A DNA stretch of 64,000 nucleotides from Octopus bimaculoides (GCF_001194135.2 NC_068982.1:144390139-144454138); one strand, 5' to 3'; positions 13,246 through 27,680 are shown, counted from the stretch's first letter. The notes: generated by a model from the sequence alone, not told the origin. Program-made: numbers and translations.

Positions 13246-15077
13246 ATTTATAGCAAATGCTTGTGGTTACCTATATGTTTTACTTGTTATCTAATTAATA
13301 TTTTTGGTACAATTCCAGGTTACACAATTCATGAAGTTATTTGTGACATTATCTGCACAGGTCATGTTCCATTAAACTTTCTCTATATCATTGGCAGGAT
13401 TTGAATTTAGAACAAGTGATAAACCAAATCGGGTACTATAAAGGATATTATTGAAATTCTAGTCTGAGAGAGGTGGCAGGTCACAAGTGGTGCACATAAC
13501 TCATTGATTGATGACTGACTGTAATTTTATGGAAGTCAGATGGAATGTCATCTATTTAAGAAACAACAAAAAGCCCTAAAAAGTTCCCATTCCACTGCTA
13601 TGCTAACAAGGATTTTCATGGTCAGTTGACCTACTACAAGTAACAGCTGAATCTCCACCAAAATCACATATTTACAATCTTAAAAAGATGGACATTAGAT
13701 AATGTAGTTTTAGATAACAAAAAAATGAGGATGTTCACAGATTGAGACCAAACCAACAACAAATAAACCTTAATCTACAAATGAGAGAAGCAAGTATCAA
13801 TATTAGGTCATAAGTTCAGAGATCCCTATTTCAGCCAATCATATCTTTAATGTGATGATAATTATGGTTAAAGTATCATGCTTAATTTACATGCAAAAGA
13901 TCATTAGATATTGCATGGCTAATAATTTTATTTCATTCATTGTACAATGTAACACATAAAAATAGTTCCAAATCTTGAGATTACATGGTAAATATCAATT
14001 AAGCAGAGACAGAAAGGTAACATCATAATTATAGAATGATTGAAACATGATTAAGAAAATAAAATGAAAGATGTTAAAAGGTCATATTTTTCATCTCAAT
14101 ATCAAACATCATATACAGATTTTGTAGGCATAAATCTTACTAAAAGGGTTAACATTAATGATTAAAAAAAATAAAATGAAGTCCAAGTTGTTGATACTAA
14201 ACAGCTGAGAGATGCTGAGAACCCCACTTCCCTCACTCTAAGAAACAATATACAACTATATGATAGCAAAAGAGTTTGGGAGCTCAGGAAAACATGCAAA
14301 ATATCTGCCAAAGTGTTTGGCGAGAAATGCCAAAAAGATAACAGCATACAGACATTCAAAACTGCTGCATTTCTAAAGAGTTCCATAAACAAACAGAGAA
14401 AAATAAAAAGGAAGATTAAAAAAGAAAAACTCTACTGACCAGAACCAACATTCAGTTGGGAAGCTTTTTGAAGGTGTTTGAAGGTAAGGATAAAGGCAAA
14501 CCACATGTCTATAGTGTAAGCAAACTTCAAAAGTAGCATGCCAACATTTCTACAGAGTAAGAATAGACCTTACGAAACAATATTGCAAACACTTGAGTAT
14601 TATTAAGAAAGCATTTCAAATGAATATTAATTCCATTGTGATATGAGTATTAGACAGGAATGTTACACATGAAAAGCGAATTAACATCGGTATAGTGAAA
14701 CCAAATGGAATTTATAATATATTAAGTAAAAACTTTAATGTAATCAGTTTGCAAGACTTTAATACACATTTCTAATGAAAGAATGGTAATGGACAAAGCA
14801 GATGAGACAACAATAATGTTCTAAGAGATTGTCCTCTTACATGGGAACATAAAAAAAAATTCATAACCTAATAGTAATTAGGCTCAAATTAATCCATTCC
14901 TTATTAGGTATTTAATTTAGGGATACATTTACACTTCATTGTACTTTTCAACAATAAAACAGCATATTGTTCAATCGTTTTATGCTTATTTCTCTATGTT
15001 AGCATCAGTTAAGTGAATATATACTGTTGAGACATTGTATTTTCAAGATAGATGACCTCGTAGTTGGTAACTTTTAC

Positions 15078-15120
15078 CTGCCTTTAAAGTAAGGGTTTTT
15101 CTTCCACTCGTCTTCAAGAA
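15078..15120 (-). CDS. Candidate 43-nt exon (LEDEWKKNPYFKG, or FLKTSGRKTLTLKA in the other open frame)
   Basis: Acceptor CACTAGCTCTGCAG|TT, donor CAG|GTAAAA, two open frames, protein-like sequence. Confidence 0.4.
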
Positions 15121-16498
15121 CTGCAGAGCTAGTGAATGTTCTGTTTACAGGGAATGTCAACAAAGACCAGTGTTTATAGCACAGGGCATTTTTACCATGC
15201 AAATTACAGAATGCAAACGTTCGCACACATGTGTGCATGCGATGAGTTTCCTTTCAGTTACTATTTAGTAAATTCACTCTTAAAGCATTAGTCAGCCTGA
15301 AGCAATAGTAGAAGAGACTTGCCCATGAAACCACATGATTGAGAAGTAAACTGCTTTAACTTCTCTCTCTCTCTCTCACACACACACACACTTGGATATA
15401 TAAACAAGAGTAAAAATTTGGCCAGAGCTGGTGATACATTGTTGCTACTCTGAAATTTCTTGCTTTGTGCATTCATCTGGCAGGCAAACCCAGAACAAAT
15501 TCAGACTGTTTTTAACACATAAATGTACTTAGGAGTGTCTCAAGCTAAAGTTATATACTAAGAATTATGAGAGCCAACTGCTATGTTTGCTTAGACATTT
15601 GTTTAGCCAACTAGTGTTAGCTAACACTTTTTGACAGTCTGTCCAGGATATTTTTCTTACATTACTTACTGTAAGAAAAAAAATTAAGAAGAAAAAAAGA
15701 ATTCCTATTAGAAAGAAACAATTTATGTAAATTCATACTGCATATCTATTATTTATACAGACATGTTTACTGCAAGAAATATAAAACCTTCATATACACT
15801 CACAGAGTTTAAAAGACATCGGATGTGAAACTATACAAAGTGTCTTCGACCACAATCTAAATTCAACAATTCTCACAAAGTCTGTACATCAGCCTGGAAC
15901 AATGATCTCTTGACAAGATCCTGTGATGACAACTTGACAACCTGATATTATTCACCAGCAATAAAACATATGTATTACAAAAATATCCCAGCCCACAAAA
16001 ATGTAAGCTAACAATATTTTTAACTCCATACTTAACAGGCATCTAAAAGTAACTTGCTCTTAATTTCTTAACAATATACATGGCAACCACACATGTTGCT
16101 AAAACTGCTTCACAAGGATGGGCTTTATTCTTGAGGACCAAGAAAATCTTCATTCCTGAACGATTACTAACCCCAGACCAGCAGTTTTTAAACTGAGCAA
16201 TGGCACCCTGCTTAGAAGCTCACAAAAGGATAGCAACTGTATAGTGGATACTAGGTATTTAACAATCTCATTGTTTTTCTGAGAAATAAAATATCTAAGC
16301 CAAGTACCATTTGTTTTAAACACATTTTCAAAGGATCCATGTAAAATCAAGCAATGTAGCTACAATTTAACCACTGTTAACTCTTGTTACTATCCCTTTT
16401 AAGAAAGATTTGTTTTACATGGATGATGTAATACAAAGGGCTAAAAGAAATTCACATGGGGAACCACACTAAAAATTAATCCATATGTCAAATTTTAC

Positions 16499-16524
16499 TG
16501 TCAGGTCGAGCACAGTCGTCTTTC
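16499..16524 (-). CDS. Candidate 26-nt micro-exon (KDDCARPD or GKTTVLDLT depending on phase)
   Basis: Acceptor TTTTTTTTTTGTTTTAAG|G, weak donor ACA|GTAAAA, two CpGs in 26 nt against a CpG-poor background. Confidence 0.3.
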
Positions 16525-17639
16525 CTTAAAACAAAAAAAAAACCTTTTTAGTCAGGAATTACTGCCCCTTACATGATTCACCTAGTCTCTGTTAGCTTCT
16601 GAAACAATGAAGTTCCAGTTTTATCTTGGATAAACGAAGGCAAATATTTCATTATACACCAACATGGCCATCAGATCAAACATTTGTTAGGCTTCAAGTA
16701 ATGGCACATGGCATCATCTGAATAAACGTATTTATAATCTACATTTTGTATTCAGTATCTTTTCTCTTGTCTGGTGGCTCTCAGCACTTCACCTGTCATT
16801 TACCCATGTTCCATCCCATGCTACTATCAAAACACTATCTTTAAGATAGCATGTTAGTGCCAGTGTGTGTGTGTGTGTGTGTGTGTTTACAAAGTTAACA
16901 GTAACATCGAATTTTCAGGTGATTCACTGTTATCAGACACTAAATTAGTTTTGTTTTACAAGCTTTGTATGCAATTTCTTCAAGAGTGCAGAAGCAATAT
17001 GCAAAGTAGGTTTGGCATAAATGAGTTTGTAGAGAGAACAGAAAAGAGATTATACAAGAAAAGGAATAGAAAAGGATAGAAAGTACATACTTATATGATA
17101 GGAGTGTATAGGAAAGGATTGTAAAAACATTTTTTACTGGTTTGACCAAAAAAGGGTGGTATTAGTTTCACATCAAATTGCTGAGCTGTAAAAATGGGTA
17201 CTGAAAGTTAGATTTGTATGAGAGTTCATAAGGCAGACAGGTCATATTTAGATCATAATGTGTGATAAATTGAAAGCATTTTTCTTTTAAGGTCTATTTA
17301 GAATTTTTTTATAGGTTTGTTAATGTAAGAGGGTTCAGGTGACAGCATGTATACACCAAAACTTTGAAGTCACAGTCAAAGTTTTCTTTGTAAGAAAAAT
17401 GATCTATTATATTCTACTTACCATTTTCAATGTTCACTTTTCCATGACTGCATGGGTCAGACAAAATCTATTGAAGCAGATATTCTATAGTCAGATGCCC
17501 TTGTTACCAAACTCCACCTGTATCCAAGGAAGGTTATACTTCTTCAAAAACAGACATGTTTTTACAGAGGATTGGAAATGAATGACACTGCTTATAAGAT
17601 GGTGACACTCGTTTACAAAGGAACACACACACACAGGCT

Positions 17640-17789
17640 TCTTTTAGTTTGTCTACCAAATTCAATAACAATGCCTTGGTTGGCCTGGGGCAATAGAAGA
17701 CACTTGCCCAAAGTGCCATGAATTGGGACTCAAACTGAAATCATATGGCTGGAAAGCAAACTTCTTAACCCTACAGTTCTGCTTGGACC

Positions 17790-17790
<1 letters not shown>
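17640..17790 (-). mobile_element. Family B SINE, 5' half
   Basis: GACACTTGCCCAAAGTGCCA motif. Confidence 0.7.
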
Positions 17791-17824
<34 letters not shown>

Positions 17825-18379
17825 ATGCATGTGATCAGTAGTGTAATGAAATCTTTTAGTTTAAGTACCAAATAACACCAAGACTATCTGGTCATTCTAG
17901 TTCCTTCATTTAAATTTTTTTAAATTTAAGCTTGCATATTTATCTGCAACCATTATCATGTACATTGCTTGTAGATAGCAGCAACATTTATAGCTGCAGT
18001 AACTGGTCGGCAAGGCAACGCTGACACTTATTTCTGTAAAGACATTGTTGCTGCAGAAGATAGTTATGATTAATAAGACAAACATAGCAACTAAACGATT
18101 GTGTATAGAAATGATAAATTCATTTCTTCCAGCTAGACACATATATGCTGTAGGAGACCGATAGAGATAGAGTTCATAGAATCAGCCACACTATATTACT
18201 GGTATTTATTGACTGACATTCATCTCAGTGAGATGAAGGGCAAAATCAAATCCTAGTTGTAATTCATGGTCATAAAACTTGCTCAGATTACCCGTTAGAA
18301 ACAGTTGATAATGTCCATTACCTATGTAACTTTATTATTGTTGAAAACAAATGTGAAAATGTAGTAGCTAGAGAAAGCA

Positions 18380-18860
18380 GAAGGATAAGATTAGTTCCAG
18401 GGAAACCATTACTGCTATTGTTAACAATGGGTTTCCCTTTCTGTGACAACAATGTATGTAGCATGTGTAAAGGGTGTGATGTTGCATGATAGCAAGACAT
18501 GAGCATTGAATATGGAAGATCTGTAAAGCTGGAGATAAGTTCAGTGTGATCAGTTGGACACTCAACACTATTGTGAAATGTAGAGCAAAAGAGGATTTGA
18601 AAGAATGTTTGGGATGGAAAGGCAGATGTAAGCAAGAGAGACGACTGTTGGCATAAACATGAGATATGACTGGATAATGAATGTCAGGATTAAAAATACT
18701 GAATTCTGATAACTGAATATACCTATGGAAGAGCAAAACCATGGAAAGCACAAGAAGAAAAGTTGAAGACAGCCCTTAGGATAGAACTTACAAATGAGAG
18801 GATACAGAATTGTGATGAGGAGTTTTACAATACATCCAACATGGGTTAGCATCAAAACTG
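18380..18860 (+). mobile_element. Decayed RTE LINE ORF C-terminal fragment
   Basis: Pieces such as YVACVKGVMLHDSKT*ALNMEDL resemble the RTE LY.ACV...MLHGSETWA motif; ends toward CCAACATGGGTT. Confidence 0.65.
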
Positions 18861-19405
18861 GGTGTGAAAATGATGATGTCAACTATTTTACCATTTCTGC
18901 TAGTTTACTACATTTAAAGTAAAAAAATATTGATTTCTTGCAGGATGTAAAGGAAAATAAGACAGGTTTAGGATGAAATTATCAAAACCAGGAATAAAAA
19001 CAAAGTTGCAGGCTTGACTCACAAGTACTCATATCAGAAGTGATAAATTTTGCATCAGGATATTCCATCATCTAATTTTATCAACGTAATATGAAGTCAG
19101 TAGGAATCAAAGAATTCATAATTAATACCAAACAGTATTTCAAAGTTGAAGAAACTGGCAGATGATAGCAACAGCTGGCTCCATCTGTAACACCAGTGTT
19201 GATTTAAGTCCAGTAAGTATGTAGGTATCTCTCTGGGTATATGTGCAGGAGTGTGTATGCATGTAAGCATATATGTATGTATGTAACAGTTCTGAAGGAA
19301 AACATGAATAAGAGGATGTATCAAAACCGAAAAACAATAATACAGAAAAATCAAGTGAAAATAGCAAGAGCATTCAAGAGTGTTTAGGACCCCAGGTTAT
19401 ATCTG

Positions 19406-19541
19406 AGAGAGAGAGCGAGAGAGAGAGAGAGAGAGAGAGAGAGNNNNNNNNNNNNNNNNNNNNNNNNNNNNNNNNNNNNNNNNNNNNNNNNNNNNNNNNN
19501 NNNNNNNNNNNNNNNNNNNNNNNNNNNNNNNNNNNNNNNNN

Positions 19542-19598
<57 letters not shown>
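19406..19598. repeat. (GA)n microsatellite spanning a gap
   Basis: Direct inspection. Confidence 0.95.
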
Positions 19599-19602
<4 letters not shown>

Positions 19603-20500
19603 TTTTAAAATCATATTTCTGAAGATGAAGAGAAATTCAAATCAAAAACTGAAGTTCATGCCAGCTAGCACTCAGGGAAATTTAACAAAAGTCCTCATTA
19701 CAGTACAATGAGTGGGAAGTGTTTGTCAGGTTGAGAACCATGAGTCAAACCATTTCTCACCTACCATACTGTTCATGCACTTTTAACTACATTTTCTGAT
19801 GTGTTGCAGTGTACCTGAACATTGTATACAATAAGTTTGTTTATTATATTATTATCATTCTCAGGAGTCTAACAGTAACTGTTTTCCTTTTCAGAATATG
19901 AAGAATGCTGAGCAGTGAAAGGTGTCAACCTTCTCGATTGACACAGTTGCACAACCTACTCTGCAGTCAAATTTCCCTCAAACCATACACAACCATCATA
20001 AAAAAGCTGGAGTGGGCATGGCCGGAATGCCTTTGGTTACATTTCTACCTTGTATCAGGGCTAGCTTGGAGGCTAAACAACAACATTCAATAAAAATATC
20101 TTTGGCATACACCATATGGCCTCTCTTACTGTAGGTCATTCACATCAGAGCAACATTTCTTTTCATTTGCCCCTAAGATGCTTATTTCTATAAAATCTGA
20201 TTAAGAAGAGAAAGGTGAAATCTTCAACTTGTTACATAGGGGCAGAGTGGTACTGTATGAAATATTACTCAACAGTCTGTCTAAAGTCTTGGCTGGCAAC
20301 AGAACAGTAAATAGGTGGCTTTTGTCTTAGTAGATGCAACTATATATGTTTGTTTAAATTTGATTTATACATAAATGAGTGTGTGTGCATTCATCATATA
20401 GGGGCAGATGTGGAACAACTGTACTTATTAGTGTGAATAAAAGCAAGCTGTATACCTCTCCCACTCTCTTTTACAAATACAAACTTTAAGTGGGAAGAAA

Positions 20501-20636
20501 ATGTAACTGTGTGATTAAGAAGTTTACTTCACAACCATGTGGTTCTGGGTTCAACTCCACTGTATCTTCTATTATAGCATCTGGTTGACTAACATCTTGT
20601 TAAGGAATTTGATAAATAAAAACTGAACAGAAGCCC

Positions 20637-20710
<74 letters not shown>

Positions 20711-20745
20711 TGCGTGCGCGCGCGCGCGTGTGTTTCACCAAAGCA
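20501..20745 (+). mobile_element. Family B SINE, partial, with long (TG)n/(CG)n
   Basis: Head motifs plus internal microsatellite. Confidence 0.65.
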
Positions 20746-22040
20746 TAATGGTGAAAGATTACTGGTCCCTTAAAAATATTTATTCTGCACTGAGTTACAG
20801 GCACTCCCTTGTCATTCTTGCTGCCAGAAATGCAACAAGCCCCCAATTGGTTTGTTAGAAACCTGAAAACAATGGCGCTATTATTGTTCAGCAATTGTGA
20901 TATAAAATGTTTTTGCAAAGGTGAGTGGTGTTGTTGCTCTTCTCCCTAGATAAATCTAACATTTTGTGTTTTGGAATTGTTAAATGTCACTCTATGGTCA
21001 GATCCCTGGAGAAAGGTCCTTATTAATGGAAGAACTGTATAACAAGAGGCAAGAGAGTAATAATATCAGCAGCCAAAGAGAATTAAGTGGATTTAAAAGA
21101 TGTGGCAGAGCAGAGAATTGTGTCGTTAGCAAAAATTGATAGGACAAGGCTCATTAGAAATAGAGCATCATATAAATCTTTGATTTTGCTTCAGTAAAAA
21201 GCCAAAAGATTAATCCACTTCGGATGAAGGGAAACAAACCAAGACAGAGATCTTTAATGTGGTCATTCCACCAGTTAAAAATAGCAACAAATACCCCTTA
21301 AATCATGGCCTGTTGCCTGGTAAAACAAGCTGTAGTGGGAAGCATACTACATGTACAAAAGACAAAAATAAGTACAAACAGAATTCATCATAGGTTTGTT
21401 TATTCAGGGCTGACCTTGTTCTAAACAACAACAACGCCTTCTATTCCTCTGAACTACCTAATTGCATTTTGTATCCACCCATCACTCTTCCTTTCATAAA
21501 CCATCTCTCACTCAAGTACCAATTCCCAATTCTTCACTCCAAGATATTAACCCAATGAAGTCCCCCTTGTATCTACTTTTTTTTCTCTAAAAATCTACCA
21601 ACAGATATTCAAATTGGACAACAACCATATCAGTGCCACCAACCTGGAAGGTGTAGTGAAAATCATGGACACTACCCATTCCTCCTGGATAGACCATTGA
21701 AGAAAATAAAATAGATTATACACTCCCCTTTCCACTCTATGGCTTGTGTCTGTATCAGTAATTTGTAATATCATCAATATTAAGATGGTGGATAAAAGGA
21801 CAGGTAGAATTATCACCATATGGTTTTAACACCCACTTTTCCATGCTTGCAGGGGTCAGACAAAAATTGTTGAGCCAGATTTTGTACAGATTTTCTGTCA
21901 CCAACCCTTCTCTGCTTCCAAGGAAGAATGGAAACAAAGGACACTGCTATGACAGTGACATTCATTTATAACTATCTCATGAAGTCAAGGCAAGGGCTCA
22001 GTAACACATACACACATATATATATATATACATACAGCGG

Positions 22041-22180
22041 GCTTCTTTCAGTTTCTGTCTATTAAATCCACTTACAATGCTTTGATGAGCCTGAGACTAT
22101 AATACCTGAGACTTGTCCAAGGTGCCATGCAGTAGGACTGAACTGGAAACCATGTGGTTAGGAAGCAAACTTCTTATCAC
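22041..22180 (-). mobile_element. Family B SINE, 5' half
   Basis: Reverse-complement match. Confidence 0.7.
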
Positions 22181-22880
22181 ATGACCAAACAGACAATGAA
22201 TGCTTTGAAGCATTTAACTACATCCTCTAATGTTCCAAGTTGAAATTCCTACCTACATCAGCTCAGCTGAGCCTTTCATCTTTTTGAAATCAATAAAATA
22301 AAACAAATACCAGGGATTAATTTAGTCAACTGCATCCCTTCTACACAAATTTTAGAAATCCCCATTATCATTATTATTGACACTCTTCTTTGTTACTTGC
22401 AAGAATGGAGCAGAAATTTTTCCACTGCTGGGGAAAATGTGTTTTTATAATAAAATTGCTTTTCTACAATAAAATAATCAACAATNNNNNNNNNNNNNNN
22501 NNNNNNNNNNNNNNNNNNNNNNNNNNNNNNNNNNNNNNNNNNNNNNNNNNNNNNNNNNNNNNNNNNNNNNNNNNNNNNNNNNNNNNNNNNNNNNNNNNNN
22601 NNNNNNNNNNNNNNNNNNNNNNNNNNNNNNNNNNNNNNNNNNNNNNNNNNNNNNNNNNNNNNNNNNNNNNNNNNNNNNNNNNNNNNNNNNNNNNNNNNNN
22701 NNNNNNNNNNNNNNNNNNNNNNNNNNNNNNNNNNNNNNNNNNNNNNNNNNNNNNNNNNNNNNNNNNNNNNNNNNNNNNNNNNNNNNNNNNNNNNNNNNNN
22801 NNNNNNNNNNNNNNNNNNNNNNNNNNNNNNNNNNNNNNNNNNNNNNNNNNNNNNNNNNNNNNNNNNNNNNNNNNNNNNNN

Positions 22881-22965
22881 ATAAGTCCTGGGGGCAATTT
22901 GCTTGATTAAAGGCGGTGCTCCAGCATGGCCACAGTCAAATGACTGAAACAAGTAAAAGAGTAAT
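22881..22965 (+). mobile_element. Family B SINE 3' end (remainder probably in the gap)
   Basis: ATAAGTCCTGGGG...GGCGGTGCTCCAGCATGGCC...AAGTAAAAGA. Confidence 0.75.
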
Positions 22966-23861
22966 AAAAAAGGAGTAGAAACCTATTGGCTGTGAAAACT
23001 CAAGCAGACAGAATTATGTTCCTAGGAAAATCCAATGGCCATAGTAACACTAAGTCAATAGTCAAATTTTGTTCAACTATGTCAAAGCTAAATGAAAAAA
23101 AAAAAAAACATCAAGGTTGTCATTCAAAAATTATTCTTTTGTTAAAAAAAAAAAAGAAAATTCAGTCTCTTGATTTGCAAGAAACAACAGCAAAATCTCT
23201 CCCCAAAAACATCCCACAGTCTCAAAAATACAAGGACACTTCAAATAATGTATTTCTAGATTTACAAAAGGATGAAATGGTCACATCAGGAATGCTGCTG
23301 ATTGTAGGTCTACTCAATGAAAGCCAAACCTAGAACTAAGCAACAACAAAATTCTTAAATACAATTTCTGATTTTGTTAAGAAATTTCATTGGCTATAAA
23401 TACATTTCGTTTGCTGTTGCCAGTAATTTATTTTGTAGATATGGAAATATTGGAAAACCAAACAGTTTTACCCTCAAAACATCCATATCTCTGGTGAATT
23501 GTTGTTACTCCTGAGTCCAGTATGGACACCAGTTGTGTGTGATCACAATATAATTGCCAGCACTAATGTAAAAATTATCCATATCTGCAATATGATAGCA
23601 AAACTGTCTGCCAATAATGGATACTATTGCTGACCATATTTTGGCTAATATGCACATTAATTAATGTGATTATTTATTGGAAAAATGTTCATATTATTGT
23701 TTCCTAACAGAAAATTAGAAAATTCTGTATTCATCCTACAAGAATTTTAGCTGCATTTACTGGACTCTTGGAGGAATTAACACATTATTTGAAAACAATG
23801 TGGCATGGTTAAACCCAAAGACAGACATATGATGCTGCTAACATAAATAATACAAGCAGCA

Positions 23862-24070
23862 GTTTCGGATTTCGGGTCAAGGCCAGCAGCATTGAGGGCA
23901 GGTATTAGTCAATATGATCAACCCCAGTACTAAATTGGTACTTTATTCTATCACCCCAGAGAAATGACAGGCAAAGTTGACTTTTGTAGAATTTGAACTT
24001 AGAATGTAAAAATCCAGAAGAAATACTACAAACACTTTATCCAATACTTTAACAATTCTGCCAATCTACC
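23862..24070 (-). mobile_element. Family A SINE (degenerate)
   Basis: Core and B-box motifs are recognisable. Confidence 0.7.
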
Positions 24071-27000
24071 CAGTAATAACAATCTGTTTTACATCATCAT
24101 AAGCCTCAGATTAGTTGAGAAGGCTTATAGTTCTTTGGAACAACTCTTGCACATGCACAGTACACATTTTATGAACAAGAAGGAATGAAGATAAATTTGA
24201 CCCTGACAATATTTGGGTGCAGTAGATGAAGGACTGTAGCTAAATATCTCAAATACTTGGGCCAATACTCTATTATTTCCAACATTTCGTTGCCCTGCCA
24301 TAGAAGCAACATCAACAGCAATTGTCTCCTGCTGGAGGGAAATCTTTACAGTTTATAATCTGAAGAAATAAGGGGAGCACACTGGCTAAGTACTGATAAC
24401 GTCTCTGGATCACCAATCAAATGACCACATGTTTTGAATGTTCAACATGCATTGCATTCTACTTGAGCAAAATACATAACTTTACTCGCTTCAGTTTGGT
24501 TAACTGGTTGACAGCAAGTCCCACTATCCTTGTAATAAACTCCATTATCCTAGTTGAGTATTTAGAAAAAAACACATTCAACTGTAAACATACCAGCTCC
24601 AAAAGTATGCAAATATAAATTTTTTCCAAAAGCCATCTTATCCATGCTAATATAGGAAAATAGAAATGAAACTATCAAGAGAGAAAGAAAAAGTCTTTTT
24701 TAAAAAATCCTTTAAAAATATCAAAATTCCAATGGAAATTCCATTAGATCGTATTTTATTTAAGCTGAAATGAAGATGTATTGAAGAAAAGATAATAATA
24801 AATCTCTTAGCACTAACACCAACGTGTCGAGTAAAAACTTCATGTAGAGATTAATCTGCTCCAGGTGCAAAGAATGGAAAAGAGAATGTGAAAAGCAGAT
24901 TGCAAATCAATCGGGTGAGAATGTAAGTTAATTCAATCCTAGATTAGTCTCTTTTCTTTTTAACTTTTCTACTTAATGCCCAGTCTGATTTGCTCAATAC
25001 TGCTAAGAGCCAAGCTAAAATTAAGCATTTTAAATAAAACTAATAAATGCATAATTTCACATAACCCTTTTGTTCTACATTAAACCAGGATATCTAATTT
25101 CACATCTGCTCATGCACAAATACACTAAAAAGTTATAAATATTTCTTGTTTCTTCTGATATTAGATTATCAAGTATGTTAAACAGTACTTTCCAACCAGT
25201 TTATAGATAAACTGATTATTTTTCCAAGAAATAATGTTGACACACACCTACACTTCATAGGCTGTAACTATCAAAGATCATCTTTACCACAGTTTTGGTA
25301 ACGCTTTTTATAGTTTCAAACTATAAATGGTGATAATACAAAAATAAATTCATGTTTGTAAAGCTAATAACAGAAAGGAAAATCTTGATAAGGTATAACC
25401 AACGATAAGGGTGAACATGGTGTCTGTGTGTGTGAGTGTGTAGCTTTTCTGAATTCATTAGTATTTTGATATTTTGAGCTCTAGCTCTCCTTTCAAGATA
25501 TACAATTTGATAATTCCTAAATAGAGATTACATTCGTCTCTTCTCTCCAGAAATAGAAATTATGGGATAACTTAGCCACTAGATAAGTCCGAGTTAACTC
25601 ATTTCTATTAACTAAGCACAAGACTAATTATATAGAGAAAAGTTAACAGTTAATGAATCTACCCTCAGTATGTTACTGGTGATTTTTTTTTATAATCAGC
25701 TCTTAAACAAAGATCCAAACTACATGCAATAAATCATCCAGTCCATTATTATACTGACTTGGTCATTGCTAGTGCTCCATAATTCAGTATTTTGTGAAAT
25801 GTTTTCCAATATATTTTCTAACAAGAACATTTGAATGAGAGAATGTTGAGAGCTACAAGACGAAAGCCTTTCAGCATTTAGAAAGAGCCCTTTTATGTAC
25901 CTGTCTGAAACCAATCTAAACAATTACTACCTCCTGCAAAATGTGTGACCCAGTAACTATATTCAGAAACAATAAGGCATCCAGCTGTAGAAACCAAGCC
26001 AAAACAGATTATGGAACTGGTGTGGCCTCTGGCCTTGCCAGTTCCTGTCAAGGTGTCCAAAACATACCAGCATGGAAAACATGTTAAGTGTTGTTGATGA
26101 TGATGATATAAAGAAATATAAAGAAGAAAGCTCCATATTTATTTTTATTCATCTGAGATTTATCACTTTATAGAGAATGAGATATTGCAGTTGCATAATT
26201 TTGACAAAACGAAGTACTTCACATAAAGCTTTAAATTACATTGACATTAAGAAAGATCTATTTGTAGTTTCATGCTCATACAAAATAGTTTTGAAAGAAG
26301 GTTGGTGTAAAGTTGAGCTATCTTTTGGGGACTAAAATGTGAACAAACCAAAAGACATACTGGAATATGTAGTAGCTGATTAAAACAGTAGAAAGATCAC
26401 AGTGCTCTCTCTCTCTCTCTCTCTCTCTCTTTTAGAGAGAGAGAGAGCACTGTGAGAGAAAGAGAGAGAGAGATCTCCAGATGCAGTAACAGTACTAACT
26501 AGAATGTCCCTTCTTTCACAATGTTAATACAATTTGCCTGTATGGTTATGATGTAGGGTAAGGCCTCTAAAGTTACTGTTTCTAACTGAGAATTAAAAAT
26601 TTTTTTAAAGAACATGAAAATTATGTCTAAGGAATGACATAAACTATGACTGAGAATAAGAGATGAGTTTGGTCAAGTTTGGATGGCCTTTGACCAACGA
26701 GTTAACTTAGGGTTAATTATCAAAAGAAAAAGGTTACATGAAGATGGTGAAAATAACTTGAAAACTGAGTGAATAAACATGTTAATTTGTGGTAACAGGC
26801 AATCAAATTACAAGTAGGATCAAAGAAAACATGGAATATCAATACAACATCACAAAAGCTATTTATCAAAGTAATTGGAAAAATCACAAAACTGACAGTA
26901 TTAATTTTTGTTGGATTTTTGTAGCTCTCTGTTCCTTTTGGTCTAGAATCATTTTATTCTCAAATCTCGCTACTGACTTTCAAATGAATGTTCCTTAGTT

Positions 27001-27479
27001 TTTGTGTTTTTTTGTTTTTTTCCATACAGAGGCCTTTCACAATCAACTCTCAGCCTATTTTCTCTCAGCCTATTTTCACTCTGCATATATCAACCATTTG
27101 TATTAAATGTTCATATCTATTAAATCATCTCTCATGTACATATTAAGTATAACCTTTGATATCTAATTCACTCACTCTAATATCACTCATTGAGAGTCAA
27201 AATCAACTTTCTTCTCTAGTTGCTCTAAATGTTTGTCATACAACAGCTCAATCTTACAACACCCCATGTTCTGTCTGCTTTTCTATACAAAGAAAGAAAT
27301 CCTGTCATTAGGTAAAAGTTATAATAACTGGAAGAAATTGTAATCATTATATATGAGGTAGGTAGCAGTGAAAGTAATATTAGAATTGTATACTTATTTG
27401 GCAAATGGACTGATAAACAAAATTAACAGCAATTTCAGAGGAAAATTAGTATATTTTACAAGTTATATGACATAAAAAA

Positions 27480-27631
27480 AAAACATCCAGTACACTCTGT
27501 AGAATGGTTGGTGTTTGGAAGGGAATCCAGCTGTAGAAACCAAGCTAGATCAGACTGGAGCCTGACGCAGCTCTCCAGCTTACTAGCACCAGTCAAACCA
27601 TCCAACCCATACCAGCAGGGAAAATGGATGT

Positions 27632-27678
<47 letters not shown>

Positions 27679-27680
27679 AA
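27480..27680 (+). mobile_element. Older family C tail with expanded (GAT)n. Similar older copies at ~7130-7330, 17420-17620, 21820-21980, 25960-26110, 41230-41400, 44630-44790 and 61850-61960
   Basis: GGCATCCAGCTGTAGAAAC...CCATGCCAGCATGGAAAA...GATGAT motif. Confidence 0.75.

Noticed and set aside
14175-14438. 88-codon stop-free plus-strand frame (NEVQVVDTKQLRD...KIKKEKLY)
   Set aside because: No ATG or acceptor, preceded directly by TAA, A-rich composition lowers stop frequency, no recognisable domain.
20892-20920. Plus-strand 29-nt segment with AG|GTGAGT (NCDIKCFCK)
   Set aside because: Isolated; such splice-site pairs are expected by chance in 64 kb.
24180-24360. Long minus-strand open frame after a strong acceptor
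   Set aside because: Overlaps a degenerate family A SINE; frames from the strong acceptor close quickly.
24855-24920. Plus-strand exon-like segment (CKEWKRECEKQIANQSGEN, AG...GTAAGT)
   Set aside because: Isolated, weak pyrimidine tract, no partner plus-strand exons found.
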